From the NCBI GenBank assembly GCA_963758525.1, contig CAVWVQ010000002.1, positions 1 through 64,000 on the forward strand: a stretch of DNA of 64,000 bases. Direction: 5' to 3'. A model generated the notes under the pieces. That model did no database searches, was not told the origin of the DNA, and saw only the letters and a program-made list of their open reading frames with translations. Made by a program: the position numbers and the translations under genes. This DNA is from an uncultured Phycisphaerales bacterium. Its GTDB lineage: Bacteria > Planctomycetota > Phycisphaerae > Tepidisphaerales > Tepidisphaeraceae. Of this stretch, positions 33,836 to 42,923 are shown one piece after another; within the stretch, counting starts at the first letter, position 1, and every line of letters starts with the position of its first letter.

Positions 33836-34933
33836 GTGACTGACGACCTGCCCAATCTTCCGATCGATCCCGATTCGTCTCCCATTGAGCGGGATGACGA
33901 GGCGGACATCGAGCGCTACCGGTTTCGCGTTGGCAAAAACCTGACACGCCGGATCGATCAATACCTCGTCGACCGAGTCCCCTATCTTTCGCGCAACGGC
34001 GTGCAACGGCTCATTGATGACGGCCTCGTCAAGGTCAACGGCAAGCCGACCAAGGCGAGCTATCATCCCAAGCTCAATGATGAAGTGGAGATGGTCGCGC
34101 CGCCCGAGCCGGTCAATGAGCTGGTGCCCGAGCCGATCCCGCTGGAAGTTGTCTATGAAGACGATCACCTGCTGGCATTGAACAAACAGGCCAATCTGAT
34201 GGTGCATCCGGCGCGCGGCAGATGGACGGGGACGCTCGTCAACGCATTGGTGTATTACGGTCAAAAGTGGAGCAGCATCAACGGCAACTGGCGGCCGGGC
34301 ATTTTGCACCGGCTGGATCGCAACACCACCGGCATCATGCTCGTGGCCAAGAGCGATGAGGCCCATTGGCGGGTCGCCCGGCAATTTGAAAATCGCACCA
34401 TCCAGAAGACATACATGGCCGTGATCCATGGTGTGCCGGAACTGTTGGCGGACGTGATCGATATGCCGATCGGGCGCGACCGATACGTCCGGGAAAAACA
34501 GGCAGTGCGGAAGGAATCCAACGGCGGCCGCGCAGCAGTGACGAAGTACGAGGTGCAGGAGGTTTTCGAGTCGCCGGCAGAGGTGCTGCTGGAAGAAAGC
34601 AAGTTCGCCGCCGACCACCGGCTCAAGAAGCCGCCGGCCAGGTTCGCCCTGGTCAAGCTGACGCCCAAAACCGGACGCACTCACCAGTTGCGCGTTCATC
34701 TGGCTGCGATCGGGCACCCCATCGTGGGGGACACCATGTACGGCGGACGCGTGTTTCGAAGCGGTGATTTCCTGCTGGAACGCCAGGCGTTGCACGCTTT
34801 TGAGATCTGCTTCACCCATCCGATTCAACTGGAATCGCTGACGCTTCAGGCCCCCCTGCCGGAGGATATCAACGCGCTGCTTGCAATTTTGCGAAAACCC
34901 GCCGTTTCACGTTCGAGCGGTTCGGGCGTATAA
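33836..34933 (+). CDS. rluD: RluA/RluD family pseudouridine synthase with S4 domain
   Basis: RIDQYL..SR..VQ.LI..G.V.VNG, VYEDD..LNKQA..MVHP, GILHRLDRNTTG, TGRTHQLRVHL..IGHPIVGD..YG, RQALHA. Confidence 0.9.
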   Translation: MTDDLPNLPIDPDSSPIERDDEADIERYRFRVGKNLTRRIDQYLVDRVPYLSRNGVQRLIDDGLVKVNGKPTKASYHPKLNDEVEMVAPPEPVNELVPEPIPLEVVYEDDHLLALNKQANLMVHPARGRWTGTLVNALVYYGQKWSSINGNWRPGILHRLDRNTTGIMLVAKSDEAHWRVARQFENRTIQKTYMAVIHGVPELLADVIDMPIGRDRYVREKQAVRKESNGGRAAVTKYEVQEVFESPAEVLLEESKFAADHRLKKPPARFALVKLTPKTGRTHQLRVHLAAIGHPIVGDTMYGGRVFRSGDFLLERQALHAFEICFTHPIQLESLTLQAPLPEDINALLAILRKPAVSRSSGSGV

Positions 34934-34981
34934 TCGTTTGAGTAATGTCCCCGGTCTACTTTTTCTTGAAGGACGCAGACG

Positions 34982-35350
34982 ATGTCTCACGTTTTGGCCT
35001 TTGGCATGCCGTCCATGGGTGAGTGGGTGGTGGTTGCCGTCATCGGGCTTCTCTTTTTCGGCAAGCGTCTTCCCGAGGTTGGCCGCAGCCTTGGCAAAGG
35101 GATTGTGGAATTCAAGAAAGGGCTCAAGGGAATCGAGGACGAAATCGAAGATCAGGTGGACGCCAGCGAGAAGGAGCAACAGCAGCGGCGTCTCGACCAG
35201 CAGCAGAAGCCGAAGTTCGATCCCTACACCGGCAAGCCTGTCGTCGAGCCGGGGCACAAGTTTGATCCGTATACCGGCAAGCCCCTTGACGCCGAGCCCG
35301 CGGAAACTGCCTCGAACGTTGCTTCGGGCGATGCATCGCAGCACGGATAG
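34982..35350 (+). CDS. tatA: Twin-arginine translocase TatA/TatE subunit
   Basis: GMP.MGEWVVVAVIGLLFFGKRLPEVGRSLGKGIVEFKKGL. Confidence 0.92.
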   Translation: MSHVLAFGMPSMGEWVVVAVIGLLFFGKRLPEVGRSLGKGIVEFKKGLKGIEDEIEDQVDASEKEQQQRRLDQQQKPKFDPYTGKPVVEPGHKFDPYTGKPLDAEPAETASNVASGDASQHG

Positions 35351-35459
35351 GGCCGAAGCTCGGGCTATTGAAATAGCTTTTCTATTGCATGGGCGCTGAC
35401 CGTCCGATTACAATTGGGGAGCAATCTTTTATTCAAAACTTCCACTGAGAGAGAACGCC

Positions 35460-36184
35460 ATGCGCATCACTCCGCTGCGGCTCATCGCTCTGTTGTTCGT
35501 CGCGTCACTTCTTCCCGCCAAGCTCCAGGCGGCGAGCGTCGTTCGACACCAGTTGGACGCGGTGCTGCCGGAAGTGAAGTTCGACGGGGTTTCGCTTGCC
35601 GACGCGATCGACTTTCTCCGCGATGTCTCGGGCAAAATATCACCGTCAATTGGAAAGCCCTCGAAGGCAACGGCATCGGCAAAGACACGCCGCTCAACGT
35701 GAAGCTGCGATCCATCTCGCTGCATCGCGCCTTGGATCTGATTCTCGGTGAAACCGGCGGCAGCGGTAAGATCGGCTACACCGTCGACGAAAACGTGATC
35801 GAGATTACCACGCAGGATCTGATCGACTCGCGCATGTATACACGCGTCTATCCGGTCGAAGACCTGATCATGGAAGTGCCTGATTTCTCGGACGCGCCGG
35901 ATTTCAGCCTGACTTCAACGTCGAACAATTCCAGCCAGAACGGCGGCGGCAACAGCGGTTCCGGATCGAGCCCATTCAGCGGCTCCAGCAGTTCCGCCAG
36001 CGCCGATAAAGGCAAAACCAAAACAGAGCGTGCCAATGAGTTGATGGACCTGATCCGCAGTGTCGTTCAGCCTGAAATCTGGCAGGAAAATGGCGGCAAA
36101 GCCGTCATCCGCTACTACAACGGCAACCTCGTCGTCACCGCTCCCCGCTCCGTCCAGGAAGCGATCGGCGGACCGTTCGACTGA
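35460..36184 (+). CDS. Exported STN/secretin-N-domain-like protein; frameshift at ~35635
   Basis: Signal peptide; PEVKFDGVSLADAIDFLRD, NITVNWKALE, LHRALDLIL, TRVYPVEDL, LIRSVVQPEIW..NGG, LVVTAP..VQ. Confidence 0.75.
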
Positions 36185-36202
36185 AATTAGTGCCGCAACT
36201 AT

Positions 36203-36257
36203 GTAGCACGGCCGTCCCGGCTGTGGTCCTAAATCACAGCCGGGACGGCTGTGCTAC
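36203..36257. repeat. GTAG-type REP doublet (second family)
   Basis: GTAGCACGGCCGTCCCGGCTGTG-gtcctaaat-CACAGCCGGGACGGCTGTGCTAC. Confidence 0.85.
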
Positions 36258-36382
36258 GGGGGCATCGCCCCGATCATTTGAGCAGGTTGTTCGTTCGCCG
36301 CGCCTGAGCAACGAAATTCGTGTTGTGGTGCGGATCGTTCCGCACCACATTTCGTTTGAACACGTCGGGAAAAGGTATCTTC

Positions 36383-36820
36383 ATGTCACCGCACCGGAGA
36401 CTCGGACCGAGCGCAGGCCTCATGGCGGCATCGGCCGCGGGTCTGTTGCTTTGGCCGACGCCCGCGCGAGCGGGGATGCCCCCACCTTTCGTGTTGACTG
36501 ATTTGGCGCAAATGCGCGTCGAAGCAATGTCATTTTTCCTCTTTTTACTGCTTCTATCGGCTGCAATTATTCAGCAGATCTGGAACTACCTCCGCGGCAG
36601 CTTCAAGCGCCTGCCGAGACTGAGTTACTTCAAGGCCGTATCGCTCGTCGCGCTCTGGGGCCTGCTCTTCATCATCGTGCTGGCGATGATTTCCGGCGGC
36701 CGTGAGTTAATGACGCCTGGGGCGTGGGAGAGAAATGGCGTCAGCTATCGTCTGGTCCCACCGGCGACGACCGAGCCCGCATCCAGACCGGTGGATGGCG
36801 ACGGAGGGTCTGCCAACTAA
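36383..36820 (+). CDS. Conserved hypothetical membrane protein
   Basis: AGMP...D.A..R.E..SFF, WNYL...F..LPRL.Y, LWGLLF..VL.MISGGRELMTPGAW; stop overlaps the next ATG (TAATG). Confidence 0.7.
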   Translation: MSPHRRLGPSAGLMAASAAGLLLWPTPARAGMPPPFVLTDLAQMRVEAMSFFLFLLLLSAAIIQQIWNYLRGSFKRLPRLSYFKAVSLVALWGLLFIIVLAMISGGRELMTPGAWERNGVSYRLVPPATTEPASRPVDGDGGSAN

Positions 36821-37683
36821 TGTCCGTCGCCGGGAGAATAACTCGATGGGGATTTGCGCTGGCATTGCTCTTCTTTGTGACGCAATGCATCGGCATTCAC
36901 CTGCCCGGGGAGGAATTCGTATTCTTTCTCATCATCGGTTGGCTGCCTTTCCTCGCGCATGTCGGCCCAAAGGTCCATGTGCGTTGGGACGCGATTGTGA
37001 GCACGGCGATCTATGCAGCGATTTTCGTCGCGGGCGCGCATTACTTTCTCCGCTGGCTTTTCCGCGAGATGTCGCGGGAGGGGCGGCAGCAACATTGGCG
37101 CTGGTCCTGGACGATCTGCGGCTTTGTAATCGTTCTGCTGATGTTCACCGCGGGAATGGCCGCCATCGGCATCGTGCATCAGACGGCGTGGCTGGCCTCG
37201 TCGAAAGCACCGTTGTACGAGCCTTACGGCGCAATCATCAACCGAATCAGATGCAACTCAAACCTCCGTCAGATCGGACTGGCAATCTCGAACTGGGCCG
37301 AAAATCACCACGGCAAGCTGCCCGACGACTTCAGCGAGGTTTTCGAGAGCGGGGACCTGATGCCAGAAAATTTCATCTGCCCGGCCAGCGATGACCAAAT
37401 CAGATCAGGGCAGAGGAACGCCGCGCCGGCAGCAAACCTGCTCCAGCCCGGCGCTTGTTCATACATTTATCTGGGAAAGGGGCTGACTCAACCGCTGCAG
37501 CCATCGCACGTTATTGCCGTCGAACCGTTGGAGAATCACAAGGACGCGGGCATCAACGTTCTCTTTGCGGATTGGCACGTCGAATGGCTGGATCGACCGC
37601 AGGCCGAATCGCTCCTGCTCGGCCTTGGCTTCCGGCGCGTGGAGACTGATCCAGATAAGCAAACCAACGCGGCAAATCCATAG
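36820..37683 (+). CDS. Multi-TM protein with C-terminal DUF1559/H-X9-DG-like domain
   Basis: 3-4 TM segments, then RIRCNSNLRQIGLAI, HGKLPD, FICPAS, SYIY, NHKDAGINVLFADWHVEW. Confidence 0.8.
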   Translation: MSVAGRITRWGFALALLFFVTQCIGIHLPGEEFVFFLIIGWLPFLAHVGPKVHVRWDAIVSTAIYAAIFVAGAHYFLRWLFREMSREGRQQHWRWSWTICGFVIVLLMFTAGMAAIGIVHQTAWLASSKAPLYEPYGAIINRIRCNSNLRQIGLAISNWAENHHGKLPDDFSEVFESGDLMPENFICPASDDQIRSGQRNAAPAANLLQPGACSYIYLGKGLTQPLQPSHVIAVEPLENHKDAGINVLFADWHVEWLDRPQAESLLLGLGFRRVETDPDKQTNAANP

Positions 37684-37731
37684 GACCAAGCGATACGGGT
37701 CACCGAGAGCTGCCCCGCCGCAGCCGTTGGA

Positions 37732-38176
37732 TCACCCGAAAAGCCTGACCCACAGCGGCGGCCCAAGAATCAGCAGCCCGACGCCTACCGACGCCATCGC
37801 CGCGATCAGCACCATTCCCGCGGCGAGATCTTTCGCCGCTTTGGCTCGCGGGTGAATCTCCGGCGACGCGAGGTCGATCGCGGCTTCCACGGCGGTGTTC
37901 AGCCCCTCCAGGATCAGCACCAGCGCAATTGTAAAAATGATCACCGCCCACTCGGTTCGGCTGATGCGCAGCCATAGGCCCAGCGCAGGCACCGATGCCG
38001 ATGATCAGTTCGATCCGCGCGTTGAGCTGGGTGCGAAAGAGATATCCCAAACCCGCGAACGCGAAGCCAAACGAGCGGATGATGCGAATCTGAAGAGGAT
38101 CTGCGGATGCTCGCGGAGCGATCGGCAGCGCAGCACCGTTGGAAGGCTCAGACTTTGCGATTTGCGGGTGGTCCAT
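37732..38176 (-). CDS. dgkA: Diacylglycerol/undecaprenol kinase (DgkA family); frameshift at ~37988
   Basis: RSFGFAFAGL..LFRTQ.NARI, LVL.LEGLNTAVE..IDL.SPE.HP.AK.AKDLAAG.VL. Confidence 0.85.
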
Positions 38177-38180
38177 CGTA

Positions 38181-39161
38181 TCAGTCGGTTTCCGTCCACT
38201 CTTCGCCGGCTGCGCGAACGATCACTCGATCGCGATCGCGTCCCGCGGCGGCAAGCATACGCTCGATCGGCTCATGCATCGGCTCATGGCTTAGACGAAA
38301 TGTGCTGTGATGCATTGGTAAAAGCCATCGGCCGCCCACGTGCTCGAACATCTGCCAGACCTGCTCGGGGGTCGCATGCGCCTGGATATACGGGTCATAC
38401 GCTCCGATTCCAAAGATTGCCAGATCGACGCCGCCGACGTCGGTGAAACGCCGATAGGCAGTGTCGCCCGCATAGAACACGCGCCGCGGCCGCGTACGCA
38501 GTCCTTTTCCCCTCCCTCGGTACTCCGGGGGAGGGTCAGGGTGGGGGCAATGCGCGGCGCCGGCGTCCATTACGTACCCGTTGTACCCGCGATAAGTGTC
38601 TTGAAACGTTCGCGCGCCCCAGTGCTTCACTTCGCAGGCACGCAACTCGATGTTATCGATTTGGGTTGACTCGCCCCACCGCAATTCCGTGATGTTTTGA
38701 AAGCCCAGGTCGCGGATCAAATCCCGCGTGCGGCTGGCGGTGACCACGGGCGTGCTCTTGTGCAGCTTCACCAGCGTGGGCCGGTCCAGATGATCGAAAT
38801 GTGCGTGCGAAATCAGAATCAGGTCGAGCTTGGGAAGCTCGTGCGGGCGCAGGGCTGCGGCCACGAGTCGTTTGGGGCCGGCCGTCATGACGCCAAGTCC
38901 GACGCCAATGCGGTGGCTCAGAACGGGGTCGGTGAGAATGGTTTTCCCGGCAACCCGCAGGAGCACAGTAGCGTGGCCGAGCCAGACAGCGGAGAAGTTG
39001 CGCGAGTCCCAATCCCGCAGATCCGGCTTGCGGCGAGGGCTCGGCGGCGGGTTGAACTGATCGAGCACGCGCAGGCGTCCCCGTCCGCGGCCAAGCCCGT
39101 CCGCGAGGCGCAGGGCGCCGGGACGGCTTTTTGCCCAATCTGCGATGCGCCGCCAACTCAA
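38181..39161 (-). CDS. MBL-fold metallo-hydrolase (NAPE-PLD/RomA-like)
   Basis: VWLGHATVLL, ILTDPVLS, ISHAHFDHLD, KHWGAR, FYAGDT, IGAY.P, H..PE, PMHH.TF; TTG start overlaps the upstream stop. Confidence 0.88.
   Translation of the reverse strand: MSWRRIADWAKSRPGALRLADGLGRGRGRLRVLDQFNPPPSPRRKPDLRDWDSRNFSAVWLGHATVLLRVAGKTILTDPVLSHRIGVGLGVMTAGPKRLVAAALRPHELPKLDLILISHAHFDHLDRPTLVKLHKSTPVVTASRTRDLIRDLGFQNITELRWGESTQIDNIELRACEVKHWGARTFQDTYRGYNGYVMDAGAAHCPHPDPPPEYRGRGKGLRTRPRRVFYAGDTAYRRFTDVGGVDLAIFGIGAYDPYIQAHATPEQVWQMFEHVGGRWLLPMHHSTFRLSHEPMHEPIERMLAAAGRDRDRVIVRAAGEEWTETD
38508..38548. repeat. CCCTCTCCC-type half element inside the MBL coding sequence
   Basis: tcccctccctcggtactccgggggagggtcagggtggggg; 35/40 identical by eye to 28500-28539. 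Confidence 0.8.
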
Positions 39162-39934
39162 CTTTCGGCCTCTGCTTCGATCTCCGCTCCGATGGGAAAA
39201 TGATCGCTGCAATATTTTGCCAGGCGATCCTGCTCCACCCAGGAAGAGCGCAACTGGCGGGAAGCAAAGCCGTGCGCGAAGATGTAATCGACGCGCTGGC
39301 CGGGGTGTTGCGTGGAAAATGTGCCGGTGGTCGCAGCGTCGGCCCCGAGTTCGGCAAAAACGTCCGCATAACCCGAATCGAGCATTTTCTGAACAGCGCG
39401 CCGCGGCAGCGATCCGCCATTGCGCTCCCATTGCTCGCGAGTCTTCGGCTTGCACCGGGACGGATCGATGCGCTGTGATGGCGCATTGGCGTTGAAGTCG
39501 CCGGCGATAATGTGCGGCTGAGATGCCTCTCGGTGACGCTCGAAGATTTGCAGCACCGCGCCCAATTCGATTTCGCGGCGGCGCTCATCCGCGTCGGTAG
39601 CCCCGGCAGGCAGATGCAGCGCTGCCACGATCCACTCCCGCCCTGCGGGATCGATGACGGTCGCTTCCAGGAGCGACCGGGAGATTTCAGGAACGAGCAA
39701 TGCGTGATTGATTGAGTCGCGAATCGGCCAGCGGCTGAGGATCGCCGACGCGTGCGACTTGCCCATGCCTTGAATGCTATCCATCGCCAGTCTGCGGGAA
39801 ATTCGGTCCAGTACGGTCGGATCTTCCGCCTCGACCAGCACCACGATGTCCGCCCGCTGCGCAAGAATCACCTCCGCCAAGGGGTCGGCACGCCCTTCTC
39901 CGCCGTCGAGGATGTTGTAGCTGATGAGGCGCAC
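39158..39934 (-). CDS. Endonuclease/exonuclease/phosphatase family protein
   Basis: RLISYNI, ADIVVLVE, ILSRWP, IAGDFNA, RVDYIF, SDHFPI. Confidence 0.9.
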   Translation of the reverse strand: MRLISYNILDGGEGRADPLAEVILAQRADIVVLVEAEDPTVLDRISRRLAMDSIQGMGKSHASAILSRWPIRDSINHALLVPEISRSLLEATVIDPAGREWIVAALHLPAGATDADERRREIELGAVLQIFERHREASQPHIIAGDFNANAPSQRIDPSRCKPKTREQWERNGGSLPRRAVQKMLDSGYADVFAELGADAATTGTFSTQHPGQRVDYIFAHGFASRQLRSSWVEQDRLAKYCSDHFPIGAEIEAEAES

Positions 39935-40072
39935 GTATTTATCGGACCAAAGCGCCCCCGAAGGAATCCACCAGCGGGTTTGCTGCTCGCGAATACGTAT
40001 CGTAGCTTCGATCCGCAGGGCTGTCAGCGCGGGGTCGCGATGGCAAGATCCTGCGGTGTGGGAGAGATTGCG

Positions 40073-40516
40073 ATGCGACATGCGTTATTTGGAGAATTGC
40101 TCAGCCGGCACGTCAGCCTGAGCGATCACGACATTTCCGAGATCCTGCTGGATCAGGCGATTTCGCATCGCCGATTCGGCGAGATCGCCATGGCATTCCA
40201 GTGGTGCCGCCCGCAGCACGTCTGGCAGGCGTGGTGGGCGCAGCTCGGCGAATCGGCGCAACACGTTTCGCTGCCAGCGGTTGGCGTGGACACTCAAGCG
40301 TTGGGGTCGGTCTCGAGAGCAATGGCGGAGGAATACTGCGTGATTCCGATCCGCGTCTATGGAGATCAACTGGTTTTGGCCGCGTCCGAGGCGTCGCAGG
40401 CCAGGGCAGCCGCGGAACTGCCTCAACTGGTGCAAAAAGCGCTGCGCTTCGTCGCCGCGCCCGAGCGGCAAATCCGGGAGGCAATTGATTTGCACTACAT
40501 GGATGACACAAACTAA
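40073..40516 (+). CDS. Stand-alone MshEN/GspE N-terminal domain protein
   Basis: FGELL....LS..DI.EIL..Q....RRFGEIA, then A..Y.VIPI......LVLA, L.FV.A...QI..AI..HY; no ATPase domain. Confidence 0.7.
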   Translation: MRHALFGELLSRHVSLSDHDISEILLDQAISHRRFGEIAMAFQWCRPQHVWQAWWAQLGESAQHVSLPAVGVDTQALGSVSRAMAEEYCVIPIRVYGDQLVLAASEASQARAAAELPQLVQKALRFVAAPERQIREAIDLHYMDDTN

Positions 40517-40787
40517 AGGTTTAAGCGGGTTTCACGTTGTGCCGCGGCTATACACCAGTGTGCGGGCATTGCCGAGCTAACACTTTGCAATGCCCGCGAC
40601 ATTATCTGCCTTTTGGATGCACACAAACTAACCGCCACCCCGCATCTCTTTGGCAAGATTGCCTAATCCATAATCAACGACTCTAAATTGTCGCAAACCC
40701 CGGTTTCCCGGGCCACAACGCTGTTCTTGAAGTGCCAGGCAACGTTTTCACGCCGCGGGTTGACACCATGCCTGCGCGACTTCTTAT

Positions 40788-40802
40788 TGGCACAACCTTT
40801 GT
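40788..40802 (+). promoter_or_regulatory. Possible sigma-54 promoter of the APC permease
   Basis: TGGCACAACCTTTGT ~115 nt upstream of the start; non-canonical -12 (GT). Confidence 0.35.
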
Positions 40803-40915
40803 TCTAGGCGTTCCGATGCTGCACCGTCGCCGGGCGTGCTATGCGCTCAGCCCCAGCGCGGGCCGAGGTCGTTTCCTCTGCGCAGCCAGAACCAATCTGA
40901 CAAAGGAGAGTATTC

Positions 40916-42826
40916 GTGGCAGATACATCGACGATAACTACGCCTAAGCCAACCCTCGGGCTGACGGGCCTCACCTCCAACGCCATGGCGTTGATCGCGC
41001 CGGGCGCGTTTCTCTGGCTGACGTTTGGTGGCCAAGTGCTCACCGGCGCGCCTGCGGCCGGCATGTCCATGTGGCTGGGCATCCTGTTCGCGCTGTTGCT
41101 CTGTCTGGCAACCGCGGTGGCCTATGCGGAGTTGTCCAAGCTGTATCCTGGGGCTGGATCGAGCTACTTCTTTGCCGAGCAGGCGTTCCTCTCGAAAAAG
41201 AAGGCGTTCAAGTTGGCCCGGCTGTCGAAGTTCGTTGTCGGCTGGGCGAGCCATCTTTATTACTGGGTCTACCCGGGCGTCATGGTGGGCGTTACCGCGA
41301 TGATCGTCGGCTACATGACCGGCCAGATCGACGCGCACTTTTCCGATGGCAGTCATCTCAGCACCCTGATCCCGAGCCCCATTTTCATGTATCTGTTCTG
41401 TATCGCCTTTGCATTCGGTGTCGCATACATCGCCTACCGCGGAGTGGTGGGATCCACCGGCGTGGGTGTTGCGATCAATATCACTCAGATCGTGGCATTG
41501 CTGATCTTCTCGGTCATGGCTATTCGCCATCGCGTCGCTCACCCCGAAGGCAGCGCGATATGGGTGCTGGATTCGACCGGCACACCAACGCAATACGTTC
41601 AGGATACCGTGCCTGACACGACCAAGACGATCGCTGACCCCAAAGATCCGACAAAGCAGATTCAGGATCCGACCGCCACGATTCCCGCCGTTGATAAGGA
41701 CGGCCATGCAATCCCGGCCAAGGGTCCGGACGGAAAACCACAGTTGGTAACGGTTTCCTACCTTGGCGGCATCACCAAGGATCCGGCGACAGGCGTGGAA
41801 ACATTCAATTATCATGAAAGCGCCAAGTCCGTGGTAGCACCCCATCAGGCGGGTTACGTGATCATCCAGGCGTGTATCGCGATTCTGATCCTGGTTGGAT
41901 TTGAGTCGGTGACGTCGATGGGTGAAGAGGCGAAGAACGCCAAGCGAGACATCCCAAAGGCGGTCATTCTCTCGCTGCTGATTCAGGGCGGCTTCTGCTA
42001 TCTCTTCGAGTATTTTGCGGCGAATTACTATCTGAACAACGGTTACACCGCAACCGCCGCGGGCGGCTCTTCCGCGCCGATCGGCGACATCATGCAATTG
42101 GTCGGGGCTTCGGCATTCGGAAGCGCCAACGCCGGCTGGTGGTTCATGATGATTGAAGCGTGCACCGTCTTCCTGGCTCTGATCGGCACAACCCTCTCGT
42201 GCATGAACACCGGCGCGCGCGTCACCTACGCGATGGGTCGCGATCAGGAGATGGGCGCTCACTTTGGCATCCTCCACGGCAAGAACGCAACGCCTCATAA
42301 GGCGATCTGGGTGCTCGCGACGCTGTCGGCGGCACTGGGTATCCTCACTGTGATGTTCTGGTTCTGCGGGCCTGCCGCACAGGCGGATACGGTCATCGAC
42401 GCGTTGCCTAAGAATTTCATGTACAAGATCGGCATCTTCCACAATGCGTGGTCATCGAAGATTCCGCAAAGCTTCCTTTGGATAACGCTGGTCAGCAACT
42501 TCGGAACGTTCCTGCTCTACATGATGAGCTGCTTCATTGCCATCGTGGCATTCCACGAACACCAAATGCATGGCTTTTTCAAGCACAAGGTGATTCCGAT
42601 CTTCGGATTGCTGGCTAACTTGCTGTGCATGGTGTTCTATCTGGTCGGTCCGATCCCCGGCTGGAAGTACTCTGTGAACGGCATGAGTTGGAAGGAGCCG
42701 TATGTGGCTCTCGCTGTTGCCGCCCTCTGGGGCATCTACGGTGCGATTTATTTCATCACCGGCAGCAAGAAGACCGGCAAGTCCGTCTTCATCGAAACGC
42801 CCCCAGCCGTGGCGGCCTCGGTCTGA
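40916..42826 (+). CDS. APC family amino acid/polyamine permease
   Basis: RBS aaggag; ~12 TM; AYAELSKLYPGAGSSY, LVGFESVTSMGEEAKNAKRDIPKAV, ARVTYAMGRD, TPHKAI. Confidence 0.9.
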   Translation: MADTSTITTPKPTLGLTGLTSNAMALIAPGAFLWLTFGGQVLTGAPAAGMSMWLGILFALLLCLATAVAYAELSKLYPGAGSSYFFAEQAFLSKKKAFKLARLSKFVVGWASHLYYWVYPGVMVGVTAMIVGYMTGQIDAHFSDGSHLSTLIPSPIFMYLFCIAFAFGVAYIAYRGVVGSTGVGVAINITQIVALLIFSVMAIRHRVAHPEGSAIWVLDSTGTPTQYVQDTVPDTTKTIADPKDPTKQIQDPTATIPAVDKDGHAIPAKGPDGKPQLVTVSYLGGITKDPATGVETFNYHESAKSVVAPHQAGYVIIQACIAILILVGFESVTSMGEEAKNAKRDIPKAVILSLLIQGGFCYLFEYFAANYYLNNGYTATAAGGSSAPIGDIMQLVGASAFGSANAGWWFMMIEACTVFLALIGTTLSCMNTGARVTYAMGRDQEMGAHFGILHGKNATPHKAIWVLATLSAALGILTVMFWFCGPAAQADTVIDALPKNFMYKIGIFHNAWSSKIPQSFLWITLVSNFGTFLLYMMSCFIAIVAFHEHQMHGFFKHKVIPIFGLLANLLCMVFYLVGPIPGWKYSVNGMSWKEPYVALAVAALWGIYGAIYFITGSKKTGKSVFIETPPAVAASV

Positions 42827-42861
42827 TCTGACGCCTCGCGCGGATCAATCAACGGAACGAC

Positions 42862-42896
42862 GGGCGGTCACCTTCGGGTGGCCGCCCTTTCCTTTT
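42862..42896 (+). terminator. Rho-independent terminator between convergent genes
   Basis: GGGCGGTCACC-TTCG-GGTGGCCGCCC followed by tttcctttt. Confidence 0.8.
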
Positions 42897-42923
42897 GCTG
42901 GACGCTCCATGGGCGTACCTGGG

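Noticed and set aside
40517..40915. Riboswitch/ncRNA in the 400-bp leader of the APC permease
   Set aside because: No recognisable aptamer consensus or terminator by eye; an Rfam scan would be needed.
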